From contig NC_068986.1 in the NCBI RefSeq assembly GCF_001194135.2, positions 64,518,279 to 64,562,805 on the forward strand: a DNA stretch of 44,527 bases, in the 5' to 3' direction. A program made the position numbers and the translations under genes. Below, piece by piece: positions 24,042-37,129 of the stretch. This DNA is from Octopus bimaculoides. Lineage: Eukaryota. Positions within the stretch are counted from its first letter, which is position 1, and each line of letters begins with the position of its first letter. The notes beneath the pieces were generated by a model. It worked only from the letters and a program-made list of their open reading frames with translations, was not told where the DNA came from and did not search any database.

Positions 24042-24269
24042 TGTATATATGTGTGTTTATGTGTATGTAATTGTAAACGGGTGGAAACGTTCGTTTGAAC
24101 TTGCAATACTTGCAGTTTCTAGCCTTCCTGACCCATTTCGGTCCGATAAAGATTAAGCGCAAGTCAAGTCTCTGGTTTTTCGGAACCACAAGCAGTCAGT
24201 TGACTCGTTGTTGGGGTGGCCGGGGTATCATACATGGCTGCAGCAATGAAATCTCACCACTTTCATAGT

Positions 24270-24684
24270 TCTCTAGTCCGTGAGGATAAAGAAGTTGTGG
24301 TGTAGGAGGGAGCATTCGTGATTCTACGATTGCCCATATGACAGAGGGATATTACATTTTTTTCCCTGAGTTTGGTGAAAAAACATTGTTCATAACGTTT
24401 GCAGACCATCCGAGACCAGTAAGTTTGATACCATCAGTGTTTCATTGAAATTGTTGCAGCTCAACATATATAAGAAACACATGAGCAGGGAGAAAGATTT
24501 CAGGGAAAGGGGGGGCATTATGGGGAGGAAAAAATGGGATTAATAGTTAGTGTGGGGACAAGGAATCGGACGCACCAAGAGTTATGGGAAGTGGAAGTAC
24601 AAGAAGGTCGGGATGATTGGCGGATTAGCGGAGGTACAAGACCAGCCAGTTCCAAGGAACAGAAACCATTATAGTAACAATAGT

Positions 24685-24746
<62 letters not shown>

Positions 24747-25010
24747 GAGATAGCACACTTCTAGGCTAGAGTTTCTAGCGTGTCCGTTAATGATTAAATA
24801 GCAATTAGACGAATGACTCTTTTCTGACCTTTAAGAATTGAAAAGTAGTCCTAGTTATGCCTAAAATGTGCTTTCGCCTGGAGGGGTACTCGCTGATAGT
24901 GAAATCAAGCATTTTGGAGCGATTGTGAGGAATCTGAGTGTCATTCATGATGTGGTGTAGTGGGTTTTTTTCTTGATGTGAGAGAAACAGGATTGACATA
25001 ACCCCTACTG
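24270..25010 (-). mobile_element. Decayed L2/CR1/Jockey-group LINE 3' region, interrupted by (AG)n at about 24683-24750
   Basis: ORF 24805..24999 (SILFLSH...HHIMNDTQIPHNRSKMLDFTISE...RKHILGI) resembles the post-RT K.LG...L.W..HI block, and RTREL*K resembles the terminal RT..LWN motif. Confidence 0.4.
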
Positions 25011-26036
25011 AAGTATTCTCGCAAGGTTTCTGTTTAAGGGATTAATGTAGGCTTGGCGCATGGTTCAAGGCTAAGTATGGGTAATACATCGCTAAGTAAG
25101 GTTAGGGAAGAATATAGAGTCACACATCGAGTTAAAGCTTATTTCATTATATTAAGCAATGATTATATGAACTTTTGACATTCAAAACGTTGAAATAATT
25201 CACCTAAAATTTTACGTGAAAGATTTATATTTGCAGTTTAACACACTGCTGTTCAATTTTAAAATAATTACAATGTTTTTACAATCCTTTTGCAATAGGA
25301 AGAGCATGACCACATGTTAGCATTGAATAATAAACACTTAAATTTTATTGATGGCAACAAGAATATTAGAAGTTTCAGCAACGCTTTGAGATTGTTTTGC
25401 CAAGTAGAACAGATTTCTTTCTTCTGTATAATTCTTCTTTATTGGAGGGGGAGTATGTCGGTTGAATTGATAAAATTCATTACTAAAACATGGTACTTAT
25501 ATGAATTGTAGCGGGATTTGAACTGCTGTCAAGTTCATAAACTTTTCTCATACTATTGTACAAGTCGTTCTAGGTATTATAAAAAAAATCAGAACAAAAG
25601 AAGCTATTCCTCTTACTCCTCCCTTTAACTAATTCGTCCTACATTTCCCACTTCGCATACGCAGCAGCCTAAGTGGTTTGAATTGGATTGGAGGAGTAAA
25701 GAATTTTGATTTACTAGAGACTAAACCAGATGACACTGAAATACAGCTGACTAAAGTTTCCGTTTTGAGACTAGCACTCCTTGTAATTTTATTAAAGTGG
25801 CTGTACTGGAATCATCAGTCGCTTCACACACACACATACACACACACTTACGTATACACATACACTGCATAAATATAAGACACAAACGCATTCACATGAA
25901 TACACAAACACAATCCTAACACAGAACACAGCCACATACATATTACACATACACATTAAACAGACAGATACAAGGAGAAGTGGAAGTAGATAAAGAATTA
26001 TAGAGGGAGAGACGAATAAAGAAATGATTAAGCTAT

Positions 26037-26070
<34 letters not shown>

Positions 26071-26524
26071 CACCCACAAATCCCATTGACAGAACTCTAC
26101 AAACGTAAACATACATTTTTCTGGTTGTTTGCTCATGTATACGATTATACATACATTCGTGTAATAAAGTTCAAGAATCGAGTTCTTATTACAGGTTCAA
26201 TTTCAGTAGACGGAGAATTCTTTTTGGCTAACTGAATAAGGCATGGCAGTCTGCAACTAACTATTTATTCTTTATACAAAAGCACCAGNNNNNNNNNNCC
26301 CGGTAATTTTCCAGTGCCAATATTTTAATCTGCTTAATCAGTAGATTATTTCAGTACAAAAACAATGTTCTTCAAAAATCGTTCTAGGATCTGGCATGTA
26401 CTTGTTGGACTATATTTTGCTGAAGAGGTGTGATAGGACTAAAATCTGTCCGGTCAATGTGTGCTGTCAGTAGATAATATTGACCCATTTCCGACAAAGA
26501 AAGCTAATTAATTAATTAATTAAT

Positions 26525-26690
26525 TAAACAATTAGAAACATAAGCATAATAAAAATTGTTTCCAAGAAATGGGAAGCAAAGTAAGCACATCTGATTTACC
26601 AATTCCTTCTCAGAGGCTTTCTTTTCTGTTTTTCTAACACTCAGTGTATGGAATTAGCAGAGCAATTTTTTAAAATCCATTTGACCATAC
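26525..26690 (+). repeat. Interspersed repeat, direct homologue of 30915-31075
   Basis: Shared GGGAAGCAAA-TAAG-ACATC-GATTTA-CAATTCCTTCTCAGA...CTCAGTGTATGGAATTA...CCATTTGACCATA. Confidence 0.7.
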
Positions 26691-27423
26691 GTCCAATAGA
26701 GAACGCCCTGAGATGACTATAGGTCTTTTTGTATTGACCGAAAATTTGTTTTTCATCGACAGTAATAAGCCGTTGCGAGTTCAAATACATCTGAAACATA
26801 TTTGAACTTGTCTTATGTTTGCTTATTCTCCATCACTGTTTCGCACACTTACCAACGATTTTGTTTCAGCCTGGCGGTCAATTTCTACTATCGGTGGATA
26901 ATGTTAACGGATTTTAATAAAGCAAGGTTTACATCCTAGTCAATTCAGAGATGCGTCTCTAGGTATCTGCTGCTAAACAGAACTAACGAGTTCGAAATGC
27001 ATACAGCAGTCCAGTAGAGGGCACTCTGAGCTGACTATGACTTTTTAACACCATTTTGTCTTAAACGAAGAATAGTTTATTTTTGTGAAAGCTGTTATAG
27101 GTTCAAATATTTCTCAAACATATTTAAACAGTTCTTATATATATATATATACAAATGTCTAGAGCGGCTTTTGACAGCTTTATAAGCTAGATTAAAAATG
27201 AAGAGAAACATGTCAAAATTGCTCCTTTTCTATGCTTGGCATTCCGTCGTGATATGTCTGAGAACAGGTAAAATTTATTCAGTTGCAAAAACAATAAACA
27301 AAAGTTGTAGAGGAACGAATTAATCTACCAAACAAACACAGACACACTCACACACACATGTATGTATGTATGTATGTATGTATGTATGTATGTATGTATG
27401 TATGTATGTACGTATGTATGTTC

Positions 27424-29111
27424 AATGCACTTTTCCTGTAATTGTCTGATAGTAAAGATACAGGGGCACAGTGGATTGTATCTTTACTATCAGATAATTT
27501 CAGGAAACATTGAACGGAATCTTGCCCTGTACCATTGCTTTGTTGATTTGAGCAAAGCATTTGATAACTGTTAATCGAAATGCTCCGTGGCTAAGGAAAA
27601 TAAGTTGCCCAGAAAAGTTTGTGGACATGATCAGGGCTTTGCATCATGATATGAAAGCTAGAGTTTATCTTGGTGTAGGCTCTCTGAATCTTTTGCCGTG
27701 GAAAATGGGGTAAAGCAAGGAGACTTGACGCATCCACCCCCTTTGCAATGTACTTTTCTGTTGTACTGTCACACGGTTTCCAAAACTCCGAGGAGGGTAT
27801 TTACATAAAATATCGTACAACAGGGAATGTTTTTAATCTGACCTGACTGAAATTCAAAACGAAAGTTTTTACTTTAGTCATTAGGGAACATTTATACCCT
27901 GACAATTGCGATCTGGTCAGTCATTCTGAAACAGGTCTGCAATCTTTTGTATCTGCATTTGACCCAGCTTGTGATGATTTGGGCTTGACCATCAACTTGA
28001 AAAAAAAAACCGTTGTAATGTATCAACCTGCATGTGATGCTGTTTGCAACCCCACTAAAATTTTTGTTAAAGATAAGCTACTTGAGGTTGTTGATTCTTT
28101 CATCTACCTTGGAAGCTCTGTACAAAATTATGAAGATCTGAACACAGAAACACATCTGCGAATTCAAAAGGCAGCATTTGGTGGTTTGGAGTCATGCGTT
28201 TGGCGTGAACGACATATAAATAACAACATAAAATTGGCCCTTTACAAATCATTTGTCTTACCATCCCTGATGTATTCTTCTGAAACATTGGCATGTTATG
28301 AAAGACATTTCAAATTGTTAGAACAATTCCACCAAAATGCCTTCATCGCATTTTAAACATTAAATGGAGTTCTTTTACTCCAAACACAGATGTCCTTGCG
28401 TCTGCAGGTATCACTTCAATTAAAGCAATGATTTTGAAAGACCAAATGAGATTGTGTGGCCATATTGTTCGAATGGTGGATGAACACACACCCAAACAAC
28501 TGATTTATGGTGAGCTTGCAGAGGGGAAGCGCGATCGGTGTAAACCTAAAAAGAGGTTTAAGGACGGCATAAGGACTGCTATGAAATCACTTGGAATGGA
28601 TCCAGAGGAGATAGAAACCCTTATTTCGGATCTAGCTGGATGGCGAACAAAAGTGTGGACTGGAGAGAAAGCGTCTGAAGAGGCTAGGATAAGAGTTAAA
28701 GAAGGGAGATTTAAAGAAGAATGTTACGATCGAGAAGATGAATCACAATGACCTATTTCTGGGTACAGTTTGTGACAGACTATGCCTTTCTTTTCCTGAG
28801 CTCAAATCTCATTTGCGGACCCATGAAAAACGAACCTCCACTAGCTATTCTGCTTATATTTCTGTGCACACTTTTCAATGTCATCTATGTCATAAGGTCT
28901 GAACATCTAACGGAAGCCTCAAAAGACATTTTAAGACCCACAAAGATCAGAACTTAACTGCGGCTCTTGGTGGTCCAAATCAGATATGCAATCTATGCGG
29001 GTGTTTTTTCAAAACATTGTCTGGTTCAAAAAGCCACAACAAACATCATGATGGTTCTAAGCTATAGGTACTGGAGGCGGTCAGACTCTGCATAAGGAAT
29101 AGACAACCTCC
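27424..29111 (+). mobile_element. RTE-clade LINE, 5'-truncated 3' half: RT, RTE C-terminal domain, three C2H2 zinc fingers and 3' UTR, flanked by (TATG)n
   Basis: RGTVDCIFTIR, HCFVDLSKAFD, ENGVKQGD, DFGLTINLKK, FIYLGS, RLCGHIVRMVDEHTPKQLIYGEL..GKR...KPKKRFKD, then C2H2 motifs at 28771-29049. Many stops and frameshifts. Confidence 0.92.
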
Positions 29112-29658
29112 ATGTATGTATGTATGTATGTATGTATGTATGTATGTATGTATGTATGTCATTATTTATTTTTATTGCAAAATTTCTTGCCAATAGAGAA
29201 AGAGCCGATTCCTAACCAAGACCCAAGCCTTCTTCATCAGAATTTCAATGACAACAAGGTATTTTTTCATGTATTTATGCATGTGTGCAGTATTTGGAGT
29301 CAGTGCTTGTGTAGACTTGAATGTTTCATTTTATGTATGTATTGTCATGCATATAGTTGCATGTCTAGACATGCATACATATATTTAAATGATAAACTTC
29401 TGGAAAGTTTTATAGATTTTTACAGTTCCAGTGATGACTTGGATCTATAGTCTTCGAGTCAACTTTCTCCTTTCTGGTTTTGAGTAGCTTAATTTCTCAA
29501 GATTGGTACTTTCTTTCTCGCTGATCTTCAACCTTTATGCTAACAGCTGTTGAGCAGCTGATTTCCACAACTATGTATGTATGTATGTATGTATGTATAT
29601 GTGTGTGTGTGCGAGCGTGCGTGAAAGGATGTATGTTTTGTGTATGTGTGTTTTCATT

Positions 29659-29795
29659 CTGCCGAGGATGACTTTGCCTTTCATCCTTTCGGAGTCGATA
29701 AAATAAGTACCAGTCTAGCACTGGGGTCGATGTAATGGACTTATCCCCTCCCTCGAACATGCTGGCCTTGTGCCAACATTTGAAATCAATATTAT
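29659..29795 (+). mobile_element. SINE family A, 3' portion
   Basis: CTGCCGAGGATGACTTTGCCTTTCATCCTTTCGGAGTCGATAAAATAAGTACC... Confidence 0.8.
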
Positions 29796-30061
29796 TATTC
29801 ATTTTGCTCATTATGTACAAGTACGTATGTTGTCATCGTTATTTTATTTTATTCAGTTTTAGAAAAATCAAAGTTTGTCTTTGACAATTCCAGAGTTGCT
29901 TTAATAGACTAAGCAATTTTCGGTAGTTATGTGCCAACAGTTTTCTCCAACAGGTCTACATAATTGTGAATGGTATTCCTTAAATAACATTTTTCTGTTG
30001 TTAGATCTCTATGTAATGTAGTGTACAAGTGTTGCCGTACATACAACTATACAGTCATTGC

Positions 30062-30235
30062 TTAGCCTAATCGAGCAGAAATATGTTCAAAGACGTATCA
30101 TCTATGGCCCTCCCATATTTTCTCAGACACTTTGTCTAGGATTACATTATTGAATGTGTATTTTCTTTCTTAAAGAGGATACGTACGGCGTGATTTGAGA
30201 GATTTTTCTGCTGCATGTAACAGCTGAAGTGGCTT
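30062..30235 (+). repeat. Old interspersed repeat family E, copy 4
   Basis: GAGCAGAAATATGTTCAAAG...GGATTACATTATTGAATGTG...GTGATTTGAGAG. Confidence 0.55.
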
Positions 30236-30914
30236 ATATAGAGGTTCCTTCATTGTTTCGTTTACTGCCCAGTGAACAAATTCGCTATATTAGTTATTGT
30301 TGTTTAATCCCATATCAGGTCAGATTGTGGGAAAACATTGCGATATTTTACGCTCCTCGCCTCTATGGCAGCAGAATAATATCAAATAGATTAATTTACA
30401 TTGCAGTAGAGTAACGTTAAATACGTTTTGAATAATCGCTACATTAAAAACAGCGCTGCCAAATAGAAAAGAATAAATTGAAGAATGCAACCATATAATG
30501 AACAAATGGTTCGAAACTGAGAAAAAGAAATGAGAAGAATGAAGCGATGGCGTTCAAGTCTTAAACACGCAGTTGGTATGATGAATCTTATGAAGACAAA
30601 AGGAACCGCTATATCCGTTGGGGTCCCACCCTAAAAGTATCTGTTCCAAAACAGCATCCATTACCTTTATTGTTTTTTTTTTCAATTATTTCTTTTATTC
30701 TGTTTAGTAATGTTCTTTTCATTCTCCTTACATCTTTCCTTCCCATATTTCAAACAAGATTGATATGCCTCCCTCTAAGATAAAACTGATTTTCACCTAA
30801 ATACAACTAAGGAATTCGAAGTGGTTTCTAAATGAGAATTCCCCAAATACTTTATAAATAATTGTCAGAATCGCAAGCAACGTAATCATAATAAGTAAAT
30901 AAACGAATAAACAA

Positions 30915-31075
30915 ACAAGTAGAAACATAAACAAAAAGAAAATGATTTACAAGATGTGGGAAGCAAAATAAGTACATCAGATTTAGCAATTCCTTCTCAG
31001 AAGTTTTCATTTCTAATTTTTCAAAACTCAGTGTATGGAATTAACAGAATAGTGTTTGTTCCCCATTTGACCATA
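30915..31075 (+). repeat. Interspersed repeat, direct homologue of 26525-26690
   Basis: Same shared blocks as 26525-26690. Confidence 0.7.
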
Positions 31076-31134
31076 TTTTAGTCTTAAAATTCTGTGTAAA
31101 CACCTTTGATGTATTATGCGATTATAAACTGCCT

Positions 31135-31215
31135 CAGTACTTGGATGATTCTTTATTTTATCGATCCTAGGAAGATGAAAGGCAAAACTACCCTCTGCGA
31201 GATTTGGACTCACTA
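31135..31215 (-). mobile_element. SINE family A fragment
   Basis: TTTATTTTATCGATCCTAGGAAGATGAAAGGCAAAAC is the reverse of the family A core. Confidence 0.65.
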
Positions 31216-31299
31216 TGTAAAGTGATGTAATTAATGACCAAATTTTGATTACGCTTGAAATGTAATTGGACTATGAATTGTTGCTTAGCCTCTAATTAA

Positions 31300-31460
31300 C
31301 CCTGATAGAGCATATTTATGATCAAGGACATTCCAGCCACGACAATGCGTCTTTGATTTCAGATATTATGTATGTAAGCTAACATTATCCATTGTTTTAC
31401 CTTTTTTCTAAAATTGTTGGGTGGGATTTAGGGAAGATTTGGTGGGGTGGGTTTCTTTGG
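31300..31460 (+). repeat. Old interspersed repeat family E, copy 5
   Basis: GAGCATATTTATGATCAAGGACATTCCAGCC...CATTATCCATTG...GGGATTTAGGGAAGATTTGG. Confidence 0.6.
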
Positions 31461-32382
31461 CAAGCCGATGAGTGAGGCTATTGGATACACATTATAAAAG
31501 AACACAACACTTTCACTTATCATAAAAGCTGCAAAGCAAATGTATAATCCAGGTTTTAGTAGCGTTGAGGACGCTAGAGCATCGCCGGTGAATTAATCCC
31601 TAAAATGTAGTTCTTGCCAACAGAATCTAAGTGTAGTGTAAGAAGGGACTAACTGATATTACCAAAGAAACAACAGAATACAAGAAACATTTATGAACGC
31701 TCAGTATTTGAACAAGTGTTCCAAAGTCACATACATTTTTGAAAATTATGCTAAATTTTGAGTATCGATTGTTTAATTAACTCTATCAGTACAAGAATTT
31801 ATGTAAATCAGAAAAATACCTATAAACATAACATTCAGTTTTCCAAATAAGTGAGTTATATACCTCATTGGAAGTATAACCGGAAGAATTCATCTTCACG
31901 TAGTACAAGTAGAGCAATTGTGTGTGGTGGGTTTATCCTACTATAATCTACAAGCAGGAAAGAATTGGAATTCATTAGTTAATGAAACACTCCTCAATTA
32001 CAATTCTTTCGCTATTTATATCGGCAAGTTGGAAGTTCTGATACCAGCACTCAATCGACTAGATTTGTTGTCCTTCTCATTATTTTCAACGCGATTCCCT
32101 CAACCAGCAAACTTTAAAGCTGGATATTATTTCACACACGAATGAAATAAATAAATTCAAACATTAAGTTTTTGTGTTTTCGTATTGCAAGTGTGTTATA
32201 AAAATCTGTATACAAGATGCCAGTCTCTTACAGGACACATTTTCACACGATTTGGTGTTTGTCCTCCATAGCTAGATGAACTCAAGTAGGATTAAGTGTT
32301 CTGTCCAGAACTACGAAACACTTGTTTGACGGATTTAAATATAGATCATATAAATTGTTGAATCAATACTGTATCCACATAA

Positions 32383-32580
32383 AGGCGGCGAGCTGACAGA
32401 AACGTTAGCACACAGGGCGAAATGTCTTTACGTTCTGAATTCAAATTCCGCCGAGGTCGACTTTGCCTCTCATCCCTTCGGGGTCGATAAAATAAGTACC
32501 AGTTGCGTACTGGGGATTGATCTAATCGACTGGCCCCTCCCCCCAAATTTCGGGCTTTGTGCCTAGAGTAGAAAAGAATA
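32383..32580 (+). mobile_element. SINE family A, full length
   Basis: AAGGCGGCGAGCTGACAGAAACGTTAGCA...GTGCCTAGAGTAGAAAAGAATA. Confidence 0.9.
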
Positions 32581-33059
32581 CTGTATCCACTTGGTAATTT
32601 CACTGCAATGTATGAGTAGCCATGTTAACGTCAAAAAGAGGAAGAACCGAAAACACTCTACTGCTGGCCAACACCATTAGAGAACAACATATACGAGGAA
32701 ATACCTACAAAAACAAATCAAAACCAGTTCATCAACTCAGCAAGTTCATACCTGCTCGATCTCACTCGACACCAGGGAACCATACATTTATTAAAGCATT
32801 CACAAGCATAGCCGCAGTACGATGACTGAAATAAGTAAAAGAGTAAAAGTTTGAGGTTTGGAACACAGGTTCTTAGGAATACCTCTACTAAGTATTTGCG
32901 AGGTCGGCCATCATTAATATTTTCAAATTCTTCTACTTTACTTTGTAAATACGGGGGAATTTAAACAAGAAATCAGAGGCAAATCGAACGGCATAAAAAT
33001 CTGGACAATAGGGAGTTTATATGATATTGTGGTTGTTATGGTTTTATTATTGTTGTCTA

Positions 33060-33170
33060 GCACCAGGTCCATTCTCCCTTAGCAGACTTATGATCAAAGG
33101 CGTTCCAAATGTGATCTTGCCGTCTTTTCTTTCAGAAAGTGCACAACTTTATCCAATATGCTCTCCCTTC
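33060..33170 (+). repeat. Old interspersed repeat family E, copy 6
   Basis: TAGCAGACTTATGATCAAAGGCGTTCCA...CGTCTTTT...TTTATCCAATATG. Confidence 0.55.
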
Positions 33171-33369
33171 CCCTGATAGTGGTGAGAGTAAAGAAGAACA
33201 GATGCTATCCTTAAACTGGAGACCTGACCAGAATGTTTGTGACCGAATGAGCTCCACTTCAAATACTCAAGGACTACGTAGTAAAGCTTAAAATAGTCAA
33301 CAGATTAAGTCTGACATCCAAATACTCAGAATGCAAAGAGCTAGTAGAAATACTTCGAAGTATTTCGTT

Positions 33370-33510
33370 CGACACTCTAAAAGTCCTACCAATCGACTGC
33401 CCAATCCTGAAAGGGAGAAAGGCGAAGTTGACTTAGGCAGGGATTGAATTCTGAGCGTAAGCAGCCGGAACAAATGCTGCAGGGCTTTAACTATTCTACT
33501 AATTCACTGC
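33370..33510 (-). mobile_element. Degenerate SINE family A
   Basis: GAAAGGGAGAAAGGCGAAGTTGACTTAGGCAGGGATTGAATTCTGAGCG is the reverse of the family A core. Confidence 0.6.
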
Positions 33511-33529
33511 TGGTAAATTTGATGAGACT

Positions 33530-33860
33530 TTGATTGTACAGCCTGACGTGGAAAGCGGCCAGCACTATGACGGCATGACAAAGGTTGGAGGCCAAAAGAA
33601 TTCACAGTGGATTTGCAGCGGCATTCACGAGGCTCACAAATCTGAAAGAAAAGCCGATGCAAAAACAGTCGCTATTAAGCTGACCGCATTGAGCCAGGCT
33701 CCGCTGTTGGGCTGCATCTCTGCTCACTGCTGTCGGGGCGGAGATGGCTATCTGCAAGTGCGAGTCCCGTGAGTCAAAGTGGCTGTATCTCCCTCACCAT
33801 CCTCCGAGGCAACGCCTTTTCCATTTTGTCTGCCTGGACCATGAGGCGGTCTGAATTACA
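33530..33860. other. Unique GC-rich non-repetitive island without a convincing ORF (candidate conserved noncoding element)
   Basis: Visibly higher GC and CpG than the flanks, with no match to the other repeats in the window. AP-1-like TGAGTCA at 33770-33776. Confidence 0.35.
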
Positions 33861-34659
33861 GGAAATTGTACGTTCCACTTCTTAATGTAAAGTTACTCCA
33901 TACAAATTGCTCTCATCGCCATATAGTCTTACACCTTCTTACAATGCTTCTGGATGAAAATGACACAATTATTATAAAAATATTTTACTATATTCCAAGG
34001 AAGAGCAAAACAAATAAGACAAATTTGACTGCACTGCTAGTTTTAGCAAGTCGAGTGACTATATGAAGATTCCCTCGATGGATCGAGCTTTTGTCTGTTT
34101 GCCTATGTGTCTGTGTATGGTATCATAAATGGTCTGTATTTGAGAATGCTTCTTGCAAGTGGTACAAACTGGATCTTTGTAGCTAGTGGTTACCCGTCCC
34201 ACATGACAACCGTGGGCAACGTATTTATGTGCGTATATCTGTGTAGTTCTGAATTTAAATCAAACATTCCTCTTATTTTCTGTCATTTTATGCTGTGGTA
34301 ACGACTCTAGAGGAGTAGGAAGTGGGAGAAAGAGAGAAAGGGAGAGAGGTAGGGAGAGAAATGGAGACATTTAAGGAGAAAGTGAGAGAGAGAGAGAAAG
34401 AGATTGAGGAAACAAAGAAGGAATGAATAGTGAGAAAAAATACAAAACAAAGAACAAAATGGTGTGTATTCGCGTGAAAGTGCAAAAATGTTCGTGTATA
34501 TGTGTATGTGTGTATAAGAGCGTACTTATGTTGTGAATTAAGCGGGGAAAAACTCTTCCCTTTGAAGTAAAGTTAAGGAATTTCGCTGGAATTTTTTGCG
34601 TCAAATGTAAAGTATCAACAGTCTAGTTCTTTAGGTTTTTGTATTGTAATTCCACGTTT

Positions 34660-34794
34660 CACATATATTTATACATACATACATACATACATACATGCAT
34701 ACATACATTCATACATACGTACATATTTATGCACTTACACACACGCATACATACACACGTATCTCTGTATATAAAAATATATATATATAATATG

Positions 34795-34891
<97 letters not shown>

Positions 34892-34892
34892 G

Positions 34893-34925
<33 letters not shown>

Positions 34926-35080
34926 TATACATATATATATAGATATATATACACACACATATATATTGTATATATATAAATGCATATATATATATATATA
35001 TACGCACACACATATATATTATATGTATGTAAACACAAGCACATACACATATACATACACATTATACACGGATACACAAA
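34660..35080. repeat. Compound (TACA)n/(CA)n/(TA)n microsatellite field
   Basis: Direct reading. Confidence 0.95.
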
Positions 35081-35601
35081 ACTCTTCTATAATAATTCTA
35101 CCCAACAATTTTCAGCACCCAACATTGCCAAATGTCTTGAAGAATTATTGTTATTGGTAAAATGTTACTTGTGTCTTAGTTGGCTGTGTAATGGGTGGTG
35201 AAGCATTGTTTTATATACTTTTACATACACATGTATTAAACCGCAAGACGTAACGCTGACAGATGTCTATATAATGCCCCCCCCCCCGCCACACACACTA
35301 ACGCACACACACATATCTGCGTGTGTTTGTGTATGTATGTATGTATGTATGTATGTGTGTGTGCAAGTATGTGTGCGTATCAGAAAATGTTGGCTGCGCA
35401 GTTATACGTTTAAATATGTTGTTTAATAATTGAAGTAGAAATCTAATTTGATATCTTAAAATAAAAATTGTGCTATTGTCCATTATATTCAAGTATTTAA
35501 ATGGCAACACATTTTTATAGTTCTGTTTTTACTATATGGAGCAATTTGTGAGGATTCGTTTATCCCGCGTGATTTGCATTTCCTTTAGCATTTAAATGAT
35601 A

Positions 35602-35982
35602 TCTTTTATTTTTTACTTCTTTCAGTTTATTAGAATGCGACCATGCTGGGGCACCGACTTGAAGAGTTTTTAGTCGAACGAATTGACTCCAGTTCTTTTT
35701 TCTTTTAGGCTGGTACTTATTGTATCGGACTCTTTTGTCGAATTGCTAAATTACGAGTGTATAAACTAATCAAGACAATTGTTAAGCTGTGGCGGGGGAC
35801 AAACACACGCATGCGCGCGATAGGCTTCTTTTAGCTTCCATTTAACAAGTTCACTCACAAGGCTTTTGTCAGCTGGAGGTTATATTAGAAGACACTTGCC
35901 TTAAGTGCCACGCAATGGAAATGAACCCGGAACCATTTGGTTGGGAAGCAAACTTGTTACCACACAACCATGCCTGTGTCTA
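35602..35982 (-). mobile_element. SINE family B
   Basis: Colinear with 12636-13012. Confidence 0.85.
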
Positions 35983-37129
35983 TGTAATGTTTTTAGTTTT
36001 GTTTTGAATGCTTTTAATGATTGTTGTTTTCTATGAATATATTTGAACACATAGACACATCCTTATATATATGCATATACAGTTGGTATATATAAACTGC
36101 TAAATACCAATGGTATGCAAATTGGTAGCTCCAGCCCTCTATTGCTATCAGAGAATTAATGCTGTCTCATTTCGTTTTCTTGAAATACCCAATACTCTGT
36201 TACCCTTAGTTACTAACAGTTATCTGTAAGTTTTAGTTCTCTTTGTCCAGCTTAGAGAAAGTTTTCAGTTAGCTGAGAATTTTTGTGTACGCCACCCTGT
36301 ACATCTCACCTTGACTTATTTAATATTCGGACATACCAATGGTTCACTTAAGTCATTATATTTTTTTAATTGAGCATATCACACAAACCTCAAATCCTCG
36401 AACTACCCTTGATATGAGTTTAATAAGTCTAAAAAATGTCTACAGTTACCTCTTTACCTGCAATGAACACATTTACCTTATGTAAATTCATTTAGGGAAA
36501 AGTAATTAATTCTCTAATATTATCTCCCTTTTCTTTGAGAGTTGCTTGCAACTGCCGTTAGGTTTTAGTTTTGTTTCTCCAACTAAGAGGGATTTTTCAG
36601 TTAATTAACAATATTTTGCCTCGTCATTCATTAAACCACCCAATCTTTTTTTAAAATCCACTCCAGTGATTCAAGTAAGTAATTTCGCTTAGCTAATTAT
36701 ATTTCTTAATTACTATAAATAGTGGCTGCATGTTTATAGGATCCAGTTTCTTATTGAAAATTATGGTGTGCACATGAAACTTTTGACCCTAAAATCTAAA
36801 GTAATTTAATTTCGTAGTTACAGATTTTATACTTTGACAAAAATTAGAGTTAAGGAATGGGCACTGCGACCAAAAGACTTTGATTCGGCAGGTCTGCTCG
36901 AAAATGACTGAGTTGGAATAAACAACAACAGCAACAATAACTCGTATTTTTTGATTCGAAAACCTGACTAGGTCAACTTTACTTTCCGCCTTCCAGCCTC
37001 TAAGGCCTGGCCTGCGGTTGATATAATCGATTTAACTTGCTCTTACCATATTTGAGGTATCCCACCCGTGAAAAAAGTCATAATTATAATTAGCGCTACC
37101 AAAGTAGCGTTAATTATACAGCTGAATTA

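Noticed and set aside
31418-31452. G-quadruplex-like GGG runs, also near 24500-24540
   Set aside because: They lie within decayed repeats, and motif presence alone is uninformative.
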